In this document: positions 33,210 to 43,280 of the stretch, piece by piece | How the letters are laid out: each line of letters starts with the position of its first letter | Position numbering within the stretch: the stretch's first letter is position 1 | Origin: an uncultured virus (IMG/VR IMGVR_UViG_3300036398_003808) | Taxonomy: Duplodnaviria; Heunggongvirae; Uroviricota; Caudoviricetes | Length of the DNA: 64,000 bases | Reading direction: 5' to 3' (one strand) | Virus record (IMG/VR): IMGVR_UViG_3300036398_003808 | Notes under the pieces: generated by a model | What the model saw: only the letters and a program-made list of their open reading frames with translations | The model's database searches: none | Told to the model about the DNA's origin: nothing | Made by a program: the position numbers and the translations under genes

Positions 33210-35165
33210 TTATTGTCGTTTTTCCCACGCGTCCAGGTCGACAGCCGACCTGACCACATCCCCGAACCACTGGTCGTTCGCTGCGTCAATCCCATGCTCT
33301 TTCGCGAGGTAGGCACGGACACGCTCCAGCGTGACGGGCTGTTCAGAGACCAGCTCTTCGATCCGCCCCGCCTTGCCGTCCTTGTGTATGGACACCATCT
33401 TGTGATTCGCATCCTCATCGGCGGACAGCTGGAAGCTGTGCAGCTCGATGCGGTTGTCGTTGTAGCGGCTGCCTTTGCGCCCGTCGTGGCGCAGAGTCCA
33501 GACTACGCCTTCGTTGCGTGCAACCCAATCGATATCGTCGATCACAGCGTTCACCCTGTAACGCAGCGCTCGCTTGATCTGCCCGCAGAACTCGAACAGC
33601 CAGACCGTCGCATCACGGAGGAATTCGCGCTCCTGGTCCTCTATACTGTCACCGTCGCCTTCGGTGTAGGCTTCGAACAATTCCGCTGTCAGCGTTCTTG
33701 CGACGTCGTCGATGCGATCAGGTTCGGTCTTGATGGTCGCGCGCAGATAGACGCTGTTCTCATCCATAGCAGAACTCCACGAAGAAAACTTCGTGTCGCC
33801 CAGCACAATCACGTCTGGGTTGATCGTGATCGTGCGCGCGTCACTCATGTGCAGGGCCACCTCGATGTTGTCCGCAAGCTGATGCTGCGCCTTGCCCAAC
33901 TGGTCGCTCAAATCCTCCTGCGCAATCTCCTTCCCGTCGATCTTCACGACCGCCCCCAGCAGCAACGGAATGCTGTCATACCACGCGTAGCCGCGCATCT
34001 CGTCTCTCGTGCGGTAGGCGTTGATGCACGCGTCTGGGTCTACGGTCGCGTTGTGTTCGCCGATGAGATACTTCAAGAAGGTCCACGCGCGCGTCGCCGG
34101 GTCGATTAGCACGCGCGTATGCTCCCGGCCAGTGTAATCCGCGTCGCCGTATGCCGTTAGGTTGAAGCCGGCTTCCTCGATGACCAGCCCGAACCGTTCC
34201 TTGGCGCGACGGTAGAGCGCGTATGGAAGGTCGTGCGTATTCTTGGGGTCGACCGTCTGCCGCACGATCAGCCACTGGTATATCGTGCGCTCGATCTCCT
34301 CCAGCAGCGCATCGCGTCCACTGTTGTGTTTCACCGCATTGCGGGCCGGCAGCACCAACTGAAGCACGCGCGTGTGGAGCACGTCAACCTGCACCTCGAC
34401 GTGACAGTGGCGCAGCTTGGGGATGATCTCGCCGAGATCTGCACTGCCCCAGGTGATGGAGACGCCGCGAAAATTCAGCGTAACCCGCACGTGATCGTCA
34501 TACCGGTAGGCGAGGAGATGCCGCGCCCCTATGCGCACACCAAGCTCCGGAACTTCCCGGACAGGCATCTGAGTGTCGTGCAGGAAGTCCTTGGGCTCGA
34601 TCACAGTCGCCGGCCGGTCGTCGATCTGCACGCTGACCTCCTGGATCCCGCAGAACTGTGCGGCTTCCATCAGCGCTGCGCTCAGGTTGACTACCTTCTG
34701 CGACTCCCACGCGAACTCCACAGAGAAGCCATCCAGAGGCGAGATTTTCAACTGCTCGACGCCCACCTCGCCGCGGAACGCCGCCGGTGTGAATTCAGCC
34801 GTCCAGTCGCAGGAGTTCACCCAGACGCTCGGGATGTTCGACAGGCAGAAGAAACCCATACCGGCCGGGTCTTCCTCGTGCTCGACTTCGTCGCTCCATC
34901 CTCGGCCCGCCAGGCGCAGCAACGGCGCGGGACTCTCCAGGCCCTTGCCGTTGTCCGCGCATACGACGCAGGCGGCGCATCCGTCCTCCCCCTCCGTCAG
35001 ATGCACGGTGACACGGGTGGCCCCGGCGCGGCGGGCGTTCTGCAGCAGTTCGACCCATACGGTGGTCGGGGACGCGTCGAATACGCGGTCGACTTTCTGC
35101 AAGAACCTCGGATCGACAGAGGCCCAGTGAATATTCGGATTTGTTGTTTCAGTCATTTCAGTCAT
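33210..35165 (-). CDS. GHKL (HATPase_c) ATPase domain protein
   Basis: ELLQNARRAGA, DNGKG, PAGMGFF motifs. Confidence 0.8.
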   Translation of the reverse strand: MTEMTETTNPNIHWASVDPRFLQKVDRVFDASPTTVWVELLQNARRAGATRVTVHLTEGEDGCAACVVCADNGKGLESPAPLLRLAGRGWSDEVEHEEDPAGMGFFCLSNIPSVWVNSCDWTAEFTPAAFRGEVGVEQLKISPLDGFSVEFAWESQKVVNLSAALMEAAQFCGIQEVSVQIDDRPATVIEPKDFLHDTQMPVREVPELGVRIGARHLLAYRYDDHVRVTLNFRGVSITWGSADLGEIIPKLRHCHVEVQVDVLHTRVLQLVLPARNAVKHNSGRDALLEEIERTIYQWLIVRQTVDPKNTHDLPYALYRRAKERFGLVIEEAGFNLTAYGDADYTGREHTRVLIDPATRAWTFLKYLIGEHNATVDPDACINAYRTRDEMRGYAWYDSIPLLLGAVVKIDGKEIAQEDLSDQLGKAQHQLADNIEVALHMSDARTITINPDVIVLGDTKFSSWSSAMDENSVYLRATIKTEPDRIDDVARTLTAELFEAYTEGDGDSIEDQEREFLRDATVWLFEFCGQIKRALRYRVNAVIDDIDWVARNEGVVWTLRHDGRKGSRYNDNRIELHSFQLSADEDANHKMVSIHKDGKAGRIEELVSEQPVTLERVRAYLAKEHGIDAANDQWFGDVVRSAVDLDAWEKRQ

Positions 35166-35494
35166 TTGGTGAATTGGTTGAGTAGATGTTCCGCTTTGCG
35201 CCGCCATCGAATGGCGGCTTTGATACAGGCAAGCATCGACGGGAAGTTGTCCGGGTTGAAGCGCTTCGTGATCTGGTTCCTGCAGCATCCGCGTCGTCCA
35301 CGACCGCCGATGTAGGCCATCACCGCGACGCCGGCGAGTCGCTTCCCGTGCGCGCTGTTGACCACCAGCGCAACGCCCGGGGGCAGTTCGATGTCCACGA
35401 CGGTCCTGCCGTCCCAGACTTTCGCACGGCGGACTTTCTTCGTCGGAGATTGCTTCGGCTTAGGTCGGTTGCAGTTCGAGCTGTGCCGGGGCAT
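35162..35494 (-). CDS. Basic protein, possible AP2-like DNA-binding domain
   Basis: TKRF..AAIRWRRKAE pattern. Confidence 0.5.
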   Translation of the reverse strand: MPRHSSNCNRPKPKQSPTKKVRRAKVWDGRTVVDIELPPGVALVVNSAHGKRLAGVAVMAYIGGRGRRGCCRNQITKRFNPDNFPSMLACIKAAIRWRRKAEHLLNQFTK

Positions 35495-35777
35495 ATGCGT
35501 CGATTTCTTCTTCCTCCTCCAGCGTCTCCAGCGGCGCGAATCGTTCCTGCTTGAACGCCAGTTCCTCCCCGCCCTTGTGAGTCGGGTCGACGTCGTTCTT
35601 CAGCTCTTCGAGCAGCAGCGCGACGGTCGCAGAATCCGAGCCCCGAATCGTCTCGCGCCGCAGACACACCTCCCGGATGGTGTAGATGTCGCCCTTCTTG
35701 GGCAGCTGCCTGTAGACGCGGACGAACAGCGGAGCGAAGTCGTCGTTGATGCAAACTACCTTGTCGCCTTTGTTCAT
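35460..35777 (-). CDS. Hypothetical phage protein
   Basis: MNKGDKVVCIND..GDIYTIREV..FKQERF. Confidence 0.7.
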   Translation of the reverse strand: MNKGDKVVCINDDFAPLFVRVYRQLPKKGDIYTIREVCLRRETIRGSDSATVALLLEELKNDVDPTHKGGEELAFKQERFAPLETLEEEEEIDAYAPAQLELQPT

Positions 35778-35805
35778 AGTGTTTTGATTGTTACCAGGCA
35801 AAGTT

Positions 35806-36162
35806 TCATAGTGCCTCCCTGCATCTGTGCAAGAACTCCCGGAATACCTTCTTCAGCTCGTCAGGCGGAACAAACTCAATAGCTCCGTCACTTTTTATCC
35901 TGGGGAACATTGCGTAGTCCGTGATGACGTGCATTTCGAAATACTCGCCGTCGCACCGATCCATCTGCTCGAAGAATAAGTAGGAGACGCGATCCAGGAC
36001 TACCAGAAACGCGTAGCAATCCCAAGGGGATCCAGTTCCTACAGCAGCATTCCACCCCACAATCACCACGGCGCCCGCATCCTTCATGTAGCGCAGTTGT
36101 GCCGGCACGGATGCCCGCCTCGGGAAATTCTTCAAGAATATCAATTTTTCGCGTGTTCTCAT
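35806..36162 (-). CDS. Hypothetical protein (AT-richer)
   Basis: 118 aa ORF filling the gap. Confidence 0.6.
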   Translation of the reverse strand: MRTREKLIFLKNFPRRASVPAQLRYMKDAGAVVIVGWNAAVGTGSPWDCYAFLVVLDRVSYLFFEQMDRCDGEYFEMHVITDYAMFPRIKSDGAIEFVPPDELKKVFREFLHRCREAL

Positions 36163-36196
36163 ATTGGTCGGGTTGTTTTCATCGCCTCACAGATCG

Positions 36197-36517
36197 TCAC
36201 CAGGCAAAGTCCTCCGAGCGCACTTCCGTCAGCCTCCCCGGCATCAGCAGACTGCCTGGAGTCTGACCGGCCCGCCAGGCGCGCGGCACGGCGTAGCACA
36301 TGCTGTCCGAGGATCCCGAGGAGCCGAGCCAGCGTGACGTCCAGTCGTCCGGCAGCAGGACCTCGTAATCGAACAGACTCGCGAACAGTCCCGTTTTGCG
36401 CCGCGCCAGGGCGGCCTCGTCAGCGACGCAGGAGACGCGGAATAGGGTCACCGGCTCGGTGCGTCCGCTCAGGAAGTTGCGCACCGCGGTCTGTGCTATT
36501 TTTTGGCCGCGCTTCAT
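36197..36517 (-). CDS. Hypothetical protein
   Basis: MKRGQKI start overlaps upstream stop. Confidence 0.6.
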   Translation of the reverse strand: MKRGQKIAQTAVRNFLSGRTEPVTLFRVSCVADEAALARRKTGLFASLFDYEVLLPDDWTSRWLGSSGSSDSMCYAVPRAWRAGQTPGSLLMPGRLTEVRSEDFAW

Positions 36518-36711
36518 TGTGCGCCTTCTCTCTTCCCAGCATTCGCAATCGGAGTCAGGGCGTCGATGATGTCCTGCGCCTCGTGCGCGTAGAGCGGCAG
36601 CCGCAGCGTCAGATCGTTCCCGTATCCGCCGAGGCTCGCACTGTCGTCGCGCTCGAGATGCACGACCAGCGTGCCGTGGTCCTCCTCTGCGTCGTCGATG
36701 CTTACCTGCAT
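36514..36711 (-). CDS. Hypothetical protein
   Basis: 65 aa acidic ORF. Confidence 0.55.
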   Translation of the reverse strand: MQVSIDDAEEDHGTLVVHLERDDSASLGGYGNDLTLRLPLYAHEAQDIIDALTPIANAGKREGAQ

Positions 36712-36783
36712 GGCTTGACTCCTTTCTTCGCCGCAAGGGGGCTTGCTACATCTTCGTAGGTTGTTTTCATGGGTGTATGCGGT

Positions 36784-37209
36784 TCACGCATCGGTCCGGC
36801 AGTTGAAGTCCAGGCTGATGGCGAGCGAAAGGCCGTCGCGTCTGCATACGGTGTCCGCTTTGTGTAGCGCGATCCGGTAGCCCACCTCTCCGCCGCAACA
36901 AGTCACGACGGTCAGCTCCCTGCCTTTAGCGGTCAGAGCGGTGTAGATGTAGAGGCCCTCCGGAGGCACGACACTTGCGAACTCCGGAGGCGGCAGCGAG
37001 CGCATGCGCTCCATCACCTGCTTCTCCATGTCACACACCTGGCTTACCAGCTTGTCGAATTTCTCCTGCAGGCGGTTCTGCTTCGTGTAGTCCACCTCAG
37101 ATTCGTCGGCCCGTTGCTCGCGGTTGGTGTCCATCTCGTCCTCGTAGGCTTCCTCGGCCGCATCTCTGCGGACCTTCAGCGCGATCAGTTTTGTGTATGT
37201 GTAGCTCAT
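36784..37209 (-). CDS. Hypothetical protein
   Basis: Start MSYTYTK after AC-rich leader. Confidence 0.65.
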   Translation of the reverse strand: MSYTYTKLIALKVRRDAAEEAYEDEMDTNREQRADESEVDYTKQNRLQEKFDKLVSQVCDMEKQVMERMRSLPPPEFASVVPPEGLYIYTALTAKGRELTVVTCCGGEVGYRIALHKADTVCRRDGLSLAISLDFNCRTDA

Positions 37210-37431
37210 TGGTTTTTTATGTGGTGAATTCGTGCCTCTCAACTGTGAACTGTCCGACGTGTTTGCCGCGTTGGTATGCCTCAACCTTCCAGCCATCCAT
37301 GCGGTTGCGCGCCCATACCATCCGCTCCACCTCCAGCCTCGCTACCTCTTGACGCCAGCCTTGTTGTGCGACAGGTCGATCTCGCCAGTCAGCACCGCCT
37401 CGCGGACAGTTCCGATGTTCGGCCGGCTATG

Positions 37432-37782
37432 TCACCGCGTCGACCGCCCGTTGTTGATTGCAATCTGCCGCACCCGTTCCCTGGTGATGCCGAGCTTCGC
37501 CCCGATGGACACCAGCGTGTCGCCCCGGTCGAACAATCGCAGCAGCTCCGAGTGGTTCATCACCTTCCTGATTTTGTAGTTCGGCGCCCCTTTCTTGAAG
37601 CCCCTCGGACGTATCGCAACGCCCAACAGCCGCAGATAACGCAGCAGTGTCACACAGTTGATGCCCGCCTCCTTGCTGAGCGCCACCGAGGTCTCGCCCG
37701 CCTCGTAGCGCGGAGCGAAGCCGCGAACAACAGCGAGGCGGCGCTGCACATGCTCTTCGCGGACGGATCGTTTCGCGCTCAT
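37432..37782 (-). CDS. Tandem HTH protein with sigma region-4-like motif
   Basis: GDTLVSIGAKLGITRERVRQIA plus an N-terminal HTH. Confidence 0.75.
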   Translation of the reverse strand: MSAKRSVREEHVQRRLAVVRGFAPRYEAGETSVALSKEAGINCVTLLRYLRLLGVAIRPRGFKKGAPNYKIRKVMNHSELLRLFDRGDTLVSIGAKLGITRERVRQIAINNGRSTR

Positions 37783-38093
37783 CCGTAATCCTTTCCGTCG
37801 ATCACCGGGATGACGAAGTGGTCGGTGCCGTGCACCGCGCGCACGTAGGCCCTCGCCTCCCCCTCAGACTCGGCCAGCAGGACCGTGTCGTGGACGGACT
37901 GCTCGCATCCGCTGATTGTGCCGCGACGGCGTGCGGGGTGCATGTGCCGGAACCGCTTCAGGTCCTTCGGGATGTTCCACTCGACGTGGCAGTTGAGGCA
38001 GCGCATGGCTGTTCCAGGGATCCGTTCGTGGCGGTAGACGCGACAACGCGGACATTCGATCGCCAACTTTGGGTCGGCGCAAATGTTATTCAT
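37779..38093 (-). CDS. Zn-ribbon hypothetical protein
   Basis: CPRC..CLNC. Confidence 0.6.
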   Translation of the reverse strand: MNNICADPKLAIECPRCRVYRHERIPGTAMRCLNCHVEWNIPKDLKRFRHMHPARRRGTISGCEQSVHDTVLLAESEGEARAYVRAVHGTDHFVIPVIDGKDYG

Positions 38094-38554
38094 TTTGGTT
38101 GGTTTTCTGTTTTGCAGTTGATTTCGATCGAGCGCGGGTCGTCCGGTCGCCCGGCTGTCGTGCATGCCGCGCGCGCGCCACAGATGACGCACTCCACCTT
38201 CCAAGCGCCGATCTCCTTCGCCGGCCACGGTAGCGGCGCCGTGCAGGCAGCGCCCACCTGGGCGTTGAGCGCCTTGATGTGAATACCGTCGGGGTAGTCC
38301 GGGTTGGGAGCGCACTTGGCTTTCTGTCCGGTGCCGAGAAAGCGCACCAGGAATTGGTCCGGGTGTCGGCGCGACGCGCCCATGTTCAGCAGCAGCGGCT
38401 CGCCCGTCGCCTCGCAGTAGGCCCAGTGGGTGAACTGCTGGTCGCCCAGGCCGAAGCTGCGATACTCGACGACCTCGTGCGTTCCGCCGCAGCGGGGGCA
38501 CACATCCACCTTGATGCGCACGGTCGCCGGCCATTGTTTGTCAGTTTCCGTCAT
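38090..38554 (-). CDS. Cys-rich hypothetical protein
   Basis: CPRC, CVIC motifs; overlap chain. Confidence 0.65.
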   Translation of the reverse strand: MTETDKQWPATVRIKVDVCPRCGGTHEVVEYRSFGLGDQQFTHWAYCEATGEPLLLNMGASRRHPDQFLVRFLGTGQKAKCAPNPDYPDGIHIKALNAQVGAACTAPLPWPAKEIGAWKVECVICGARAACTTAGRPDDPRSIEINCKTENQPK

Positions 38555-39090
38555 GCGTTGATGAGTGTGAATCCACCGGCGAGCCGGCAGCGGGTCAATC
38601 CGCGATGCTTCAGCATGTCCGTCGTGACGCGGAACCTGGAGTCGTCCTCGTCCTGAAAGTAGGGCGTCAGGCAGTTCGTCATGTGATTCACCGACAGCAC
38701 GAGCCGACCGCGAAAGATCGGCTGGAAGTATCGCACAGTGCGATCAGCAGTCTCCTCGCTGCCTACGAGCGCCCGCAAATCCCGGCAGAACTGCCGAGCA
38801 GCTTCGGGCATGGAGACGTCGATGCGCCAGCAATCCGCATACTCCGGGACGTCGTATTCGTCTGCCAGGTCCTCCCAGCCGGAGGCACAGGAGAACTCGC
38901 GCAACTCGGGGTTGAAGAATCGCAACGCAGGGTTGTCGACGAGCGAATCGCGGAAATGCTCCCATCGCGATTCATCCAGCAGCCTGAAGGCCGTCACGAT
39001 CGGCGGCTCGGGCACAGAGGCGGGCGTGAGCAGCAGCTCGGCGGAGAGCATCCACTGCTCCTCTCGCATGGTTTTTTCGGTGTCGGTCAT
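38551..39090 (-). CDS. Hypothetical protein
   Basis: 179 aa; overlap chain. Confidence 0.7.
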   Translation of the reverse strand: MTDTEKTMREEQWMLSAELLLTPASVPEPPIVTAFRLLDESRWEHFRDSLVDNPALRFFNPELREFSCASGWEDLADEYDVPEYADCWRIDVSMPEAARQFCRDLRALVGSEETADRTVRYFQPIFRGRLVLSVNHMTNCLTPYFQDEDDSRFRVTTDMLKHRGLTRCRLAGGFTLINA

Positions 39091-39299
39091 TTCTGAGTCT
39101 TATAGGTGTTGGCTTCCTTCTTCGGACATCCCTCGTGCAGCATGGTCAGACAGCGCCGTGTGGATCTCCCCCTCTGCCCCAGGCACTCGACCACGTAGCT
39201 GCAGCGGCTGCAGGTGAGTCGCGTGCTGGGCTTCATGGCTCCATTGTCGTTCGGCAGGTCCACGCGTTCAATGCTGCAGTTGACCTGGGTGTCACTCAT
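39087..39299 (-). CDS. Small Cys-containing protein
   Basis: MSDTQV start; CSRC..C..CP. Confidence 0.6.
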   Translation of the reverse strand: MSDTQVNCSIERVDLPNDNGAMKPSTRLTCSRCSYVVECLGQRGRSTRRCLTMLHEGCPKKEANTYKTQK

Positions 39300-39489
39300 C
39301 AGCGCCCCTCCTGTAGTGTGTCTCGATGAGTCGGCTGGTGTCAGCGACCCTCTTGGCAAGCTGGCAGTCCGCATGCGTCGTGAACAGCGACGTGTAGAAC
39401 GCCGCGGTGTTTCCGCAGACGTCCTTCCGCGCGCGCTCCTGGGCCGACGGCGTCAGCACGATGGGCTCGTGGCAGGTGGTGCAGTTCAT
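39292..39489 (-). CDS. Small Zn-binding hypothetical protein
   Basis: CTTC..HADC. Confidence 0.65.
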   Translation of the reverse strand: MNCTTCHEPIVLTPSAQERARKDVCGNTAAFYTSLFTTHADCQLAKRVADTSRLIETHYRRGADE

Positions 39490-40049
39490 TGTTCTCCCTC
39501 GACGGGCAGTTCTTCAGACTCGGCGAACGCGGTGACGATGAGCCGAATGGCTTGCTCGGTTTCGGCGGGATGGCTGCGGCGGCGGTCGGCATCGAGCAGA
39601 AGATTGCACAGCGCGCCATACCGCAGGGTCTGCTTGCTGCCGGGCCGGGCAGCCGCTTCGTCTGCGCAGGCCGGGCACCCCTCGGCGCAGCCGTCGGGTC
39701 CGCTTTCGTGCTCCAGCTCTGACACGTAGTCTTCGTCTCCGCTGAGGTAAGCACGCAGGAGACGCGGGGGCGACTGCGGGTCGAGATAACGCGGTATCGT
39801 TTCGGCGACGTCCTCCGTGTCTTTCACAGCGCCGATCAGCCTCACGCCGCCGCCGTTGAATTCCAACGCCCGTGTGTCCTGCCTGGCCTGGTCACTCAGT
39901 GAGGGATCCACGCGCAGTTCTCCTCCGTGTGTGAGCACCGCCTGCCGCAGCACCCGGGCGTAGAATTGCAGCGTCTCCGCCTGGTTCAGCGCGTCAGCGA
40001 GCGCGGTATCCAGGTCTTTTTTCAGTTGTGCGATTCGTTCAATGGTCAT
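39486..40049 (-). CDS. Hypothetical protein
   Basis: MTIERIAQ start overlaps upstream stop. Confidence 0.65.
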   Translation of the reverse strand: MTIERIAQLKKDLDTALADALNQAETLQFYARVLRQAVLTHGGELRVDPSLSDQARQDTRALEFNGGGVRLIGAVKDTEDVAETIPRYLDPQSPPRLLRAYLSGDEDYVSELEHESGPDGCAEGCPACADEAAARPGSKQTLRYGALCNLLLDADRRRSHPAETEQAIRLIVTAFAESEELPVEGEQ

Positions 40050-40306
40050 TTTGATTTGGGTCTGAGTTTCGGCCACTCCTGCGTCAGCATAAGCTGCACG
40101 CCGGTGATGTCGCGCTCGGTAGGGAGCGGGAGCGCCTCGGGTTCATCGGTAGGGAGCGGGAGCGCCTCCGGTTCTGGAGCGGACGCAGGAGGAGCTACGA
40201 TCTCCGGCGCGTCCGGTGCATCCGCCGGGAAGGTGGCGATCTGCCAGCTGAGCAATACCCAACAGGCGATGATGCCGGAGCATGCGTAAGATGTCTTGCG
40301 GTTCAT
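40046..40306 (-). CDS. Small membrane-anchored Pro-rich protein
   Basis: N-terminal hydrophobic helix; EPEALPLPT x2. Confidence 0.55.
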   Translation of the reverse strand: MNRKTSYACSGIIACWVLLSWQIATFPADAPDAPEIVAPPASAPEPEALPLPTDEPEALPLPTERDITGVQLMLTQEWPKLRPKSK

Positions 40307-40701
40307 CGAGCCTCCGGTGCTCGCGGTTCTTTGGGCACCGAGCCGAAGGCGAACCCGCGGGCGATCAACCTCAACAGCTCGCCTGGTGTGGTAGCATTCC
40401 CCACTTTGTCCAGAGTGCCGACCTGCGCAGCTTCCTCCAGCAGCATCGGGATAACGGTATCCAAGCGCCATTCCATCACCGGCGCCTCGTATCGCTCACC
40501 TTCCCAGTATCCGAAGTCCAGGATGTCACCACTCTGCGGCTCGCAGCCCCAGAACATGCAGAACTCCTCGATGTCGAATCGGTCAATGGTCTTCAGCTCG
40601 TCGGTGCCGTAGTAGTCGGACCTGACGTTGTCGACGATCCCATCTTCAGGGCCTACGCGCAGCTCGCCGTTCGACGAGTAGATGATGATTTCTCTCATCA
40701 T
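40303..40701 (-). CDS. Hypothetical protein
   Basis: Overlap chain. Confidence 0.65.
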   Translation of the reverse strand: MMREIIIYSSNGELRVGPEDGIVDNVRSDYYGTDELKTIDRFDIEEFCMFWGCEPQSGDILDFGYWEGERYEAPVMEWRLDTVIPMLLEEAAQVGTLDKVGNATTPGELLRLIARGFAFGSVPKEPRAPEAR

Positions 40702-41147
40702 CCGCGCATGTTGAGGTCGTCGCACAGTGCTTCGACCGTGGAGAACCCCTGACTGAAGTCCACCGAGTAGTTGAACCCGTGATACGGGTAACGCTGCGAC
40801 TGGTAGGCGAGATACCAGTCGCCATCTTCTCCATCCTTCACCGCCAGTGTCCAGTCGCCGGCGCTGCTGCAAGTCTCGACGGATTGGACCTCCGCAAACC
40901 CCAGCTCCTCGAAGAACTGGTAGTAGCTCCCCGCGCCGGCGCCGGGCACCGCGACACCCCGCCCGTCGCGCAGGAGGTCGTAGGCGCCCTCCTTGGTCTC
41001 GATCTTCTCTCCGCCGGGGCGCACGGTCCCGTTGTCATTCCACGGCGCCGTGTAGAGCGCCCCGAGGCCATGCGGCTGCTCCGCGATTCCGGTTGCTTGT
41101 TCTGCGATCATCCGCGCGAGGACTTCGCTGTGAGTTTTTGACATCAT
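40698..41147 (-). CDS. Hypothetical protein
   Basis: 149 aa; overlap chain. Confidence 0.7.
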   Translation of the reverse strand: MMSKTHSEVLARMIAEQATGIAEQPHGLGALYTAPWNDNGTVRPGGEKIETKEGAYDLLRDGRGVAVPGAGAGSYYQFFEELGFAEVQSVETCSSAGDWTLAVKDGEDGDWYLAYQSQRYPYHGFNYSVDFSQGFSTVEALCDDLNMRG

Positions 41148-41671
41148 ATGGGTTTGGGTTGGTTCAATGCGTGTAGGAGTTCAGCTTCGGCATCCTCCGA
41201 GAGTGCGTTACGCCCGTCGGGCGTAACGATTGCGATAAACCGCCCGTCCTTCCTCAGCGTGGCTCTGTATCGAGAGTAGGTCCAAGCATCGGATTCTGGG
41301 TCGTGCGTCAGTGCTTCGAGCGCCTGCTGGACAGTCGCCGCATTCGCGATCACGACTTCGGTGGTTTCAGTGGCGTGCATCGTGACGCCCTCCTCCTCCA
41401 CCGCTCGCGCCCTCGCAAGGATGGCGCAGTATGCCTTGTAGGTTTTCCGCGCGCCCCGCACGCCTTCGTCGGCATCGGACTCGCAGTTCAGCATGCCTTC
41501 CTCGAACCCGTTGATCATGTCGCAGACGAGCTGTTTCAGATCGGTCGCGCGCTCCTCCATAAGCCGGGCGTGTTCGCGCATCTCAGCGTAATGATCCCCG
41601 TGACTCCATGCTCGCTGGTTGGCGAGCCGAGTGTCGAGCCGGTCGGTCAGTGGCGAACGAGAGTTGCTCAT
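41144..41671 (-). CDS. Hypothetical protein
   Basis: MSNSRSP start overlaps upstream stop. Confidence 0.65.
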   Translation of the reverse strand: MSNSRSPLTDRLDTRLANQRAWSHGDHYAEMREHARLMEERATDLKQLVCDMINGFEEGMLNCESDADEGVRGARKTYKAYCAILARARAVEEEGVTMHATETTEVVIANAATVQQALEALTHDPESDAWTYSRYRATLRKDGRFIAIVTPDGRNALSEDAEAELLHALNQPKPI

Positions 41672-42186
41672 GGCGCCTCCTCCGCAGGAGGGAAGCGGAG
41701 GCCGCATGGATGACACCGCCGCGCGTCGTCGTCGTCTTCGCTTTCGCCTCCGCAGGAGGGGCAATTCCACTCGTCGCGATACGCCTCCTCCTCCAGCTTC
41801 GCTATCCGCGAAGCATTGCCAGCGACGGCAGACTCCAGCGCCTTGATCTCGGCGATGTAGCACTCTTTCTGCTCCTCCAGCTTCTCAATGCGCTCCCGCT
41901 GTTCCCCGAGTGTCTGAAGGATATTGTCCGCGATCGACAGGCTGCTGTTGCCGTACCCCAGATCGTCCAGCCACAGCAGGATCTTCGAGAGCGTCGCTCG
42001 ATAGCCAGCCTCGTATCCCTCCAGCTTCTCAATGCGCCGGTAGAGCGCGCCGATGATCTCGTAAAGGGATTCCTCGTAGAGCGTGGAGCCGGTGTAAATG
42101 TCGTTCACGATCTTCTCCAGCGTCGATGGACGCAGTGAGTGTGAGTCGAGCCCGCAGTCCGCCGCGATCTCTTTGATGGTTTTCAC
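41668..42186 (-). CDS. Coiled-coil protein with C-terminal Zn ribbon
   Basis: RIEKLE repeats; CPSC..CHPC. Confidence 0.7.
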   Translation of the reverse strand: MKTIKEIAADCGLDSHSLRPSTLEKIVNDIYTGSTLYEESLYEIIGALYRRIEKLEGYEAGYRATLSKILLWLDDLGYGNSSLSIADNILQTLGEQRERIEKLEEQKECYIAEIKALESAVAGNASRIAKLEEEAYRDEWNCPSCGGESEDDDDARRCHPCGLRFPPAEEAP

Positions 42187-42467
42187 TGAGCTTCCTCCGT
42201 GTGGTCGACTTCCTCATCTGTCTCCGCCACGAGCTTCAGCTCGCGCTCCAGCCACAGAGCACCCTCCGAGTCCACGAAGATGCGTTGACCGCAAGCGACC
42301 CGCGTCTCTTGCGCATCCCAATCCACGTCGGTCGTGCCTTCGTAGTCGATGTCATACCGTCCGTCGACTTGCGGCGCTTCGATGCCGGCATTGACGATTT
42401 GCGCCACGCCCGAGATCCGCTCCTCGGTGCCGACGATGTCCTTCCCTGTTGGTGATTGTAGTTTCAT
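42183..42467 (-). CDS. Hypothetical phage protein
   Basis: 94 aa; overlap chain. Confidence 0.7.
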   Translation of the reverse strand: MKLQSPTGKDIVGTEERISGVAQIVNAGIEAPQVDGRYDIDYEGTTDVDWDAQETRVACGQRIFVDSEGALWLERELKLVAETDEEVDHTEEAQ

Positions 42468-42784
42468 GGTTGTTCTTTTTTACGATAGTCCACGTAGGCC
42501 ACCGGGTAGAGGAACCGGCTGGGGACATCCCCGAGCCGGAACCCTGCCTCCTCCACTTTGGAGAGAGGCCAGCTGTTGCTCGGCCCCATCGCCAGCACGC
42601 TGAGATGGCCGCAGTGTGAGCTGTCCATCTGCAGACACTCGAACAGGACGAGGGCCTCCTTGTCCGGATACCTGGCTGACATCTCCATGATTGAGGCATG
42701 GGTTTCCGGGTCCATTCTTTCCAGGAGATCGAAGATGGTGATCTCCTTCACTTCACCGGAAACTGGGTTGATGAGTTTGTTCAT
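42464..42784 (-). CDS. Hypothetical protein
   Basis: 106 aa; overlap chain. Confidence 0.7.
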   Translation of the reverse strand: MNKLINPVSGEVKEITIFDLLERMDPETHASIMEMSARYPDKEALVLFECLQMDSSHCGHLSVLAMGPSNSWPLSKVEEAGFRLGDVPSRFLYPVAYVDYRKKEQP

Positions 42785-43014
42785 TTTTTATTCTGTTGTT
42801 CTGCGTATTGCTCCAGTGCACTCGATGTCGGACCAAACGACTCTCCGAGCAGGAAGCTGATGTGTCCGATGATGCACTTCAGGGACGGCTCGCAGCGAAG
42901 TGCTGCCGGTCCGTTCGCATACTCCTTCACAGCCGCGCCGAGCGCGATGAGAAGTCCAGCGACGTTCTGTGCGCCCGCATTGCAGTGGTCAGCCAGATCG
43001 GTGAGTTTGCTCAT
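42781..43014 (-). CDS. Hypothetical protein
   Basis: MSKLTDL start overlaps upstream stop. Confidence 0.6.
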   Translation of the reverse strand: MSKLTDLADHCNAGAQNVAGLLIALGAAVKEYANGPAALRCEPSLKCIIGHISFLLGESFGPTSSALEQYAEQQNKK

Positions 43015-43280
43015 TTGCGCACCCCCACGGGCTGACCAGCCAAACTGATCCGGTGATACTCGTCGCAGCTCCAGACGACCCCGTGCCACTGGAAGCCGCT
43101 GGCGCGACCGTTCATCCCGTGCCACCTGGACTTCTTCTCCGGCGCGCACTGCTTGGTCTTTTGCGCCGCCATCTCGTCGGCGATGCGCCGCGCCTTGGCG
43201 CGATCCGCAATCACCTGCTCACCGCTGTCGCTCAGCAGGAAGCCAAGGCCGAGCTTGATCGGCAGTCTGAGCGCGCTCAC
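43011..43280 (-). CDS. Hypothetical protein
   Basis: Overlap chain. Confidence 0.6.
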   Translation of the reverse strand: MSALRLPIKLGLGFLLSDSGEQVIADRAKARRIADEMAAQKTKQCAPEKKSRWHGMNGRASGFQWHGVVWSCDEYHRISLAGQPVGVRK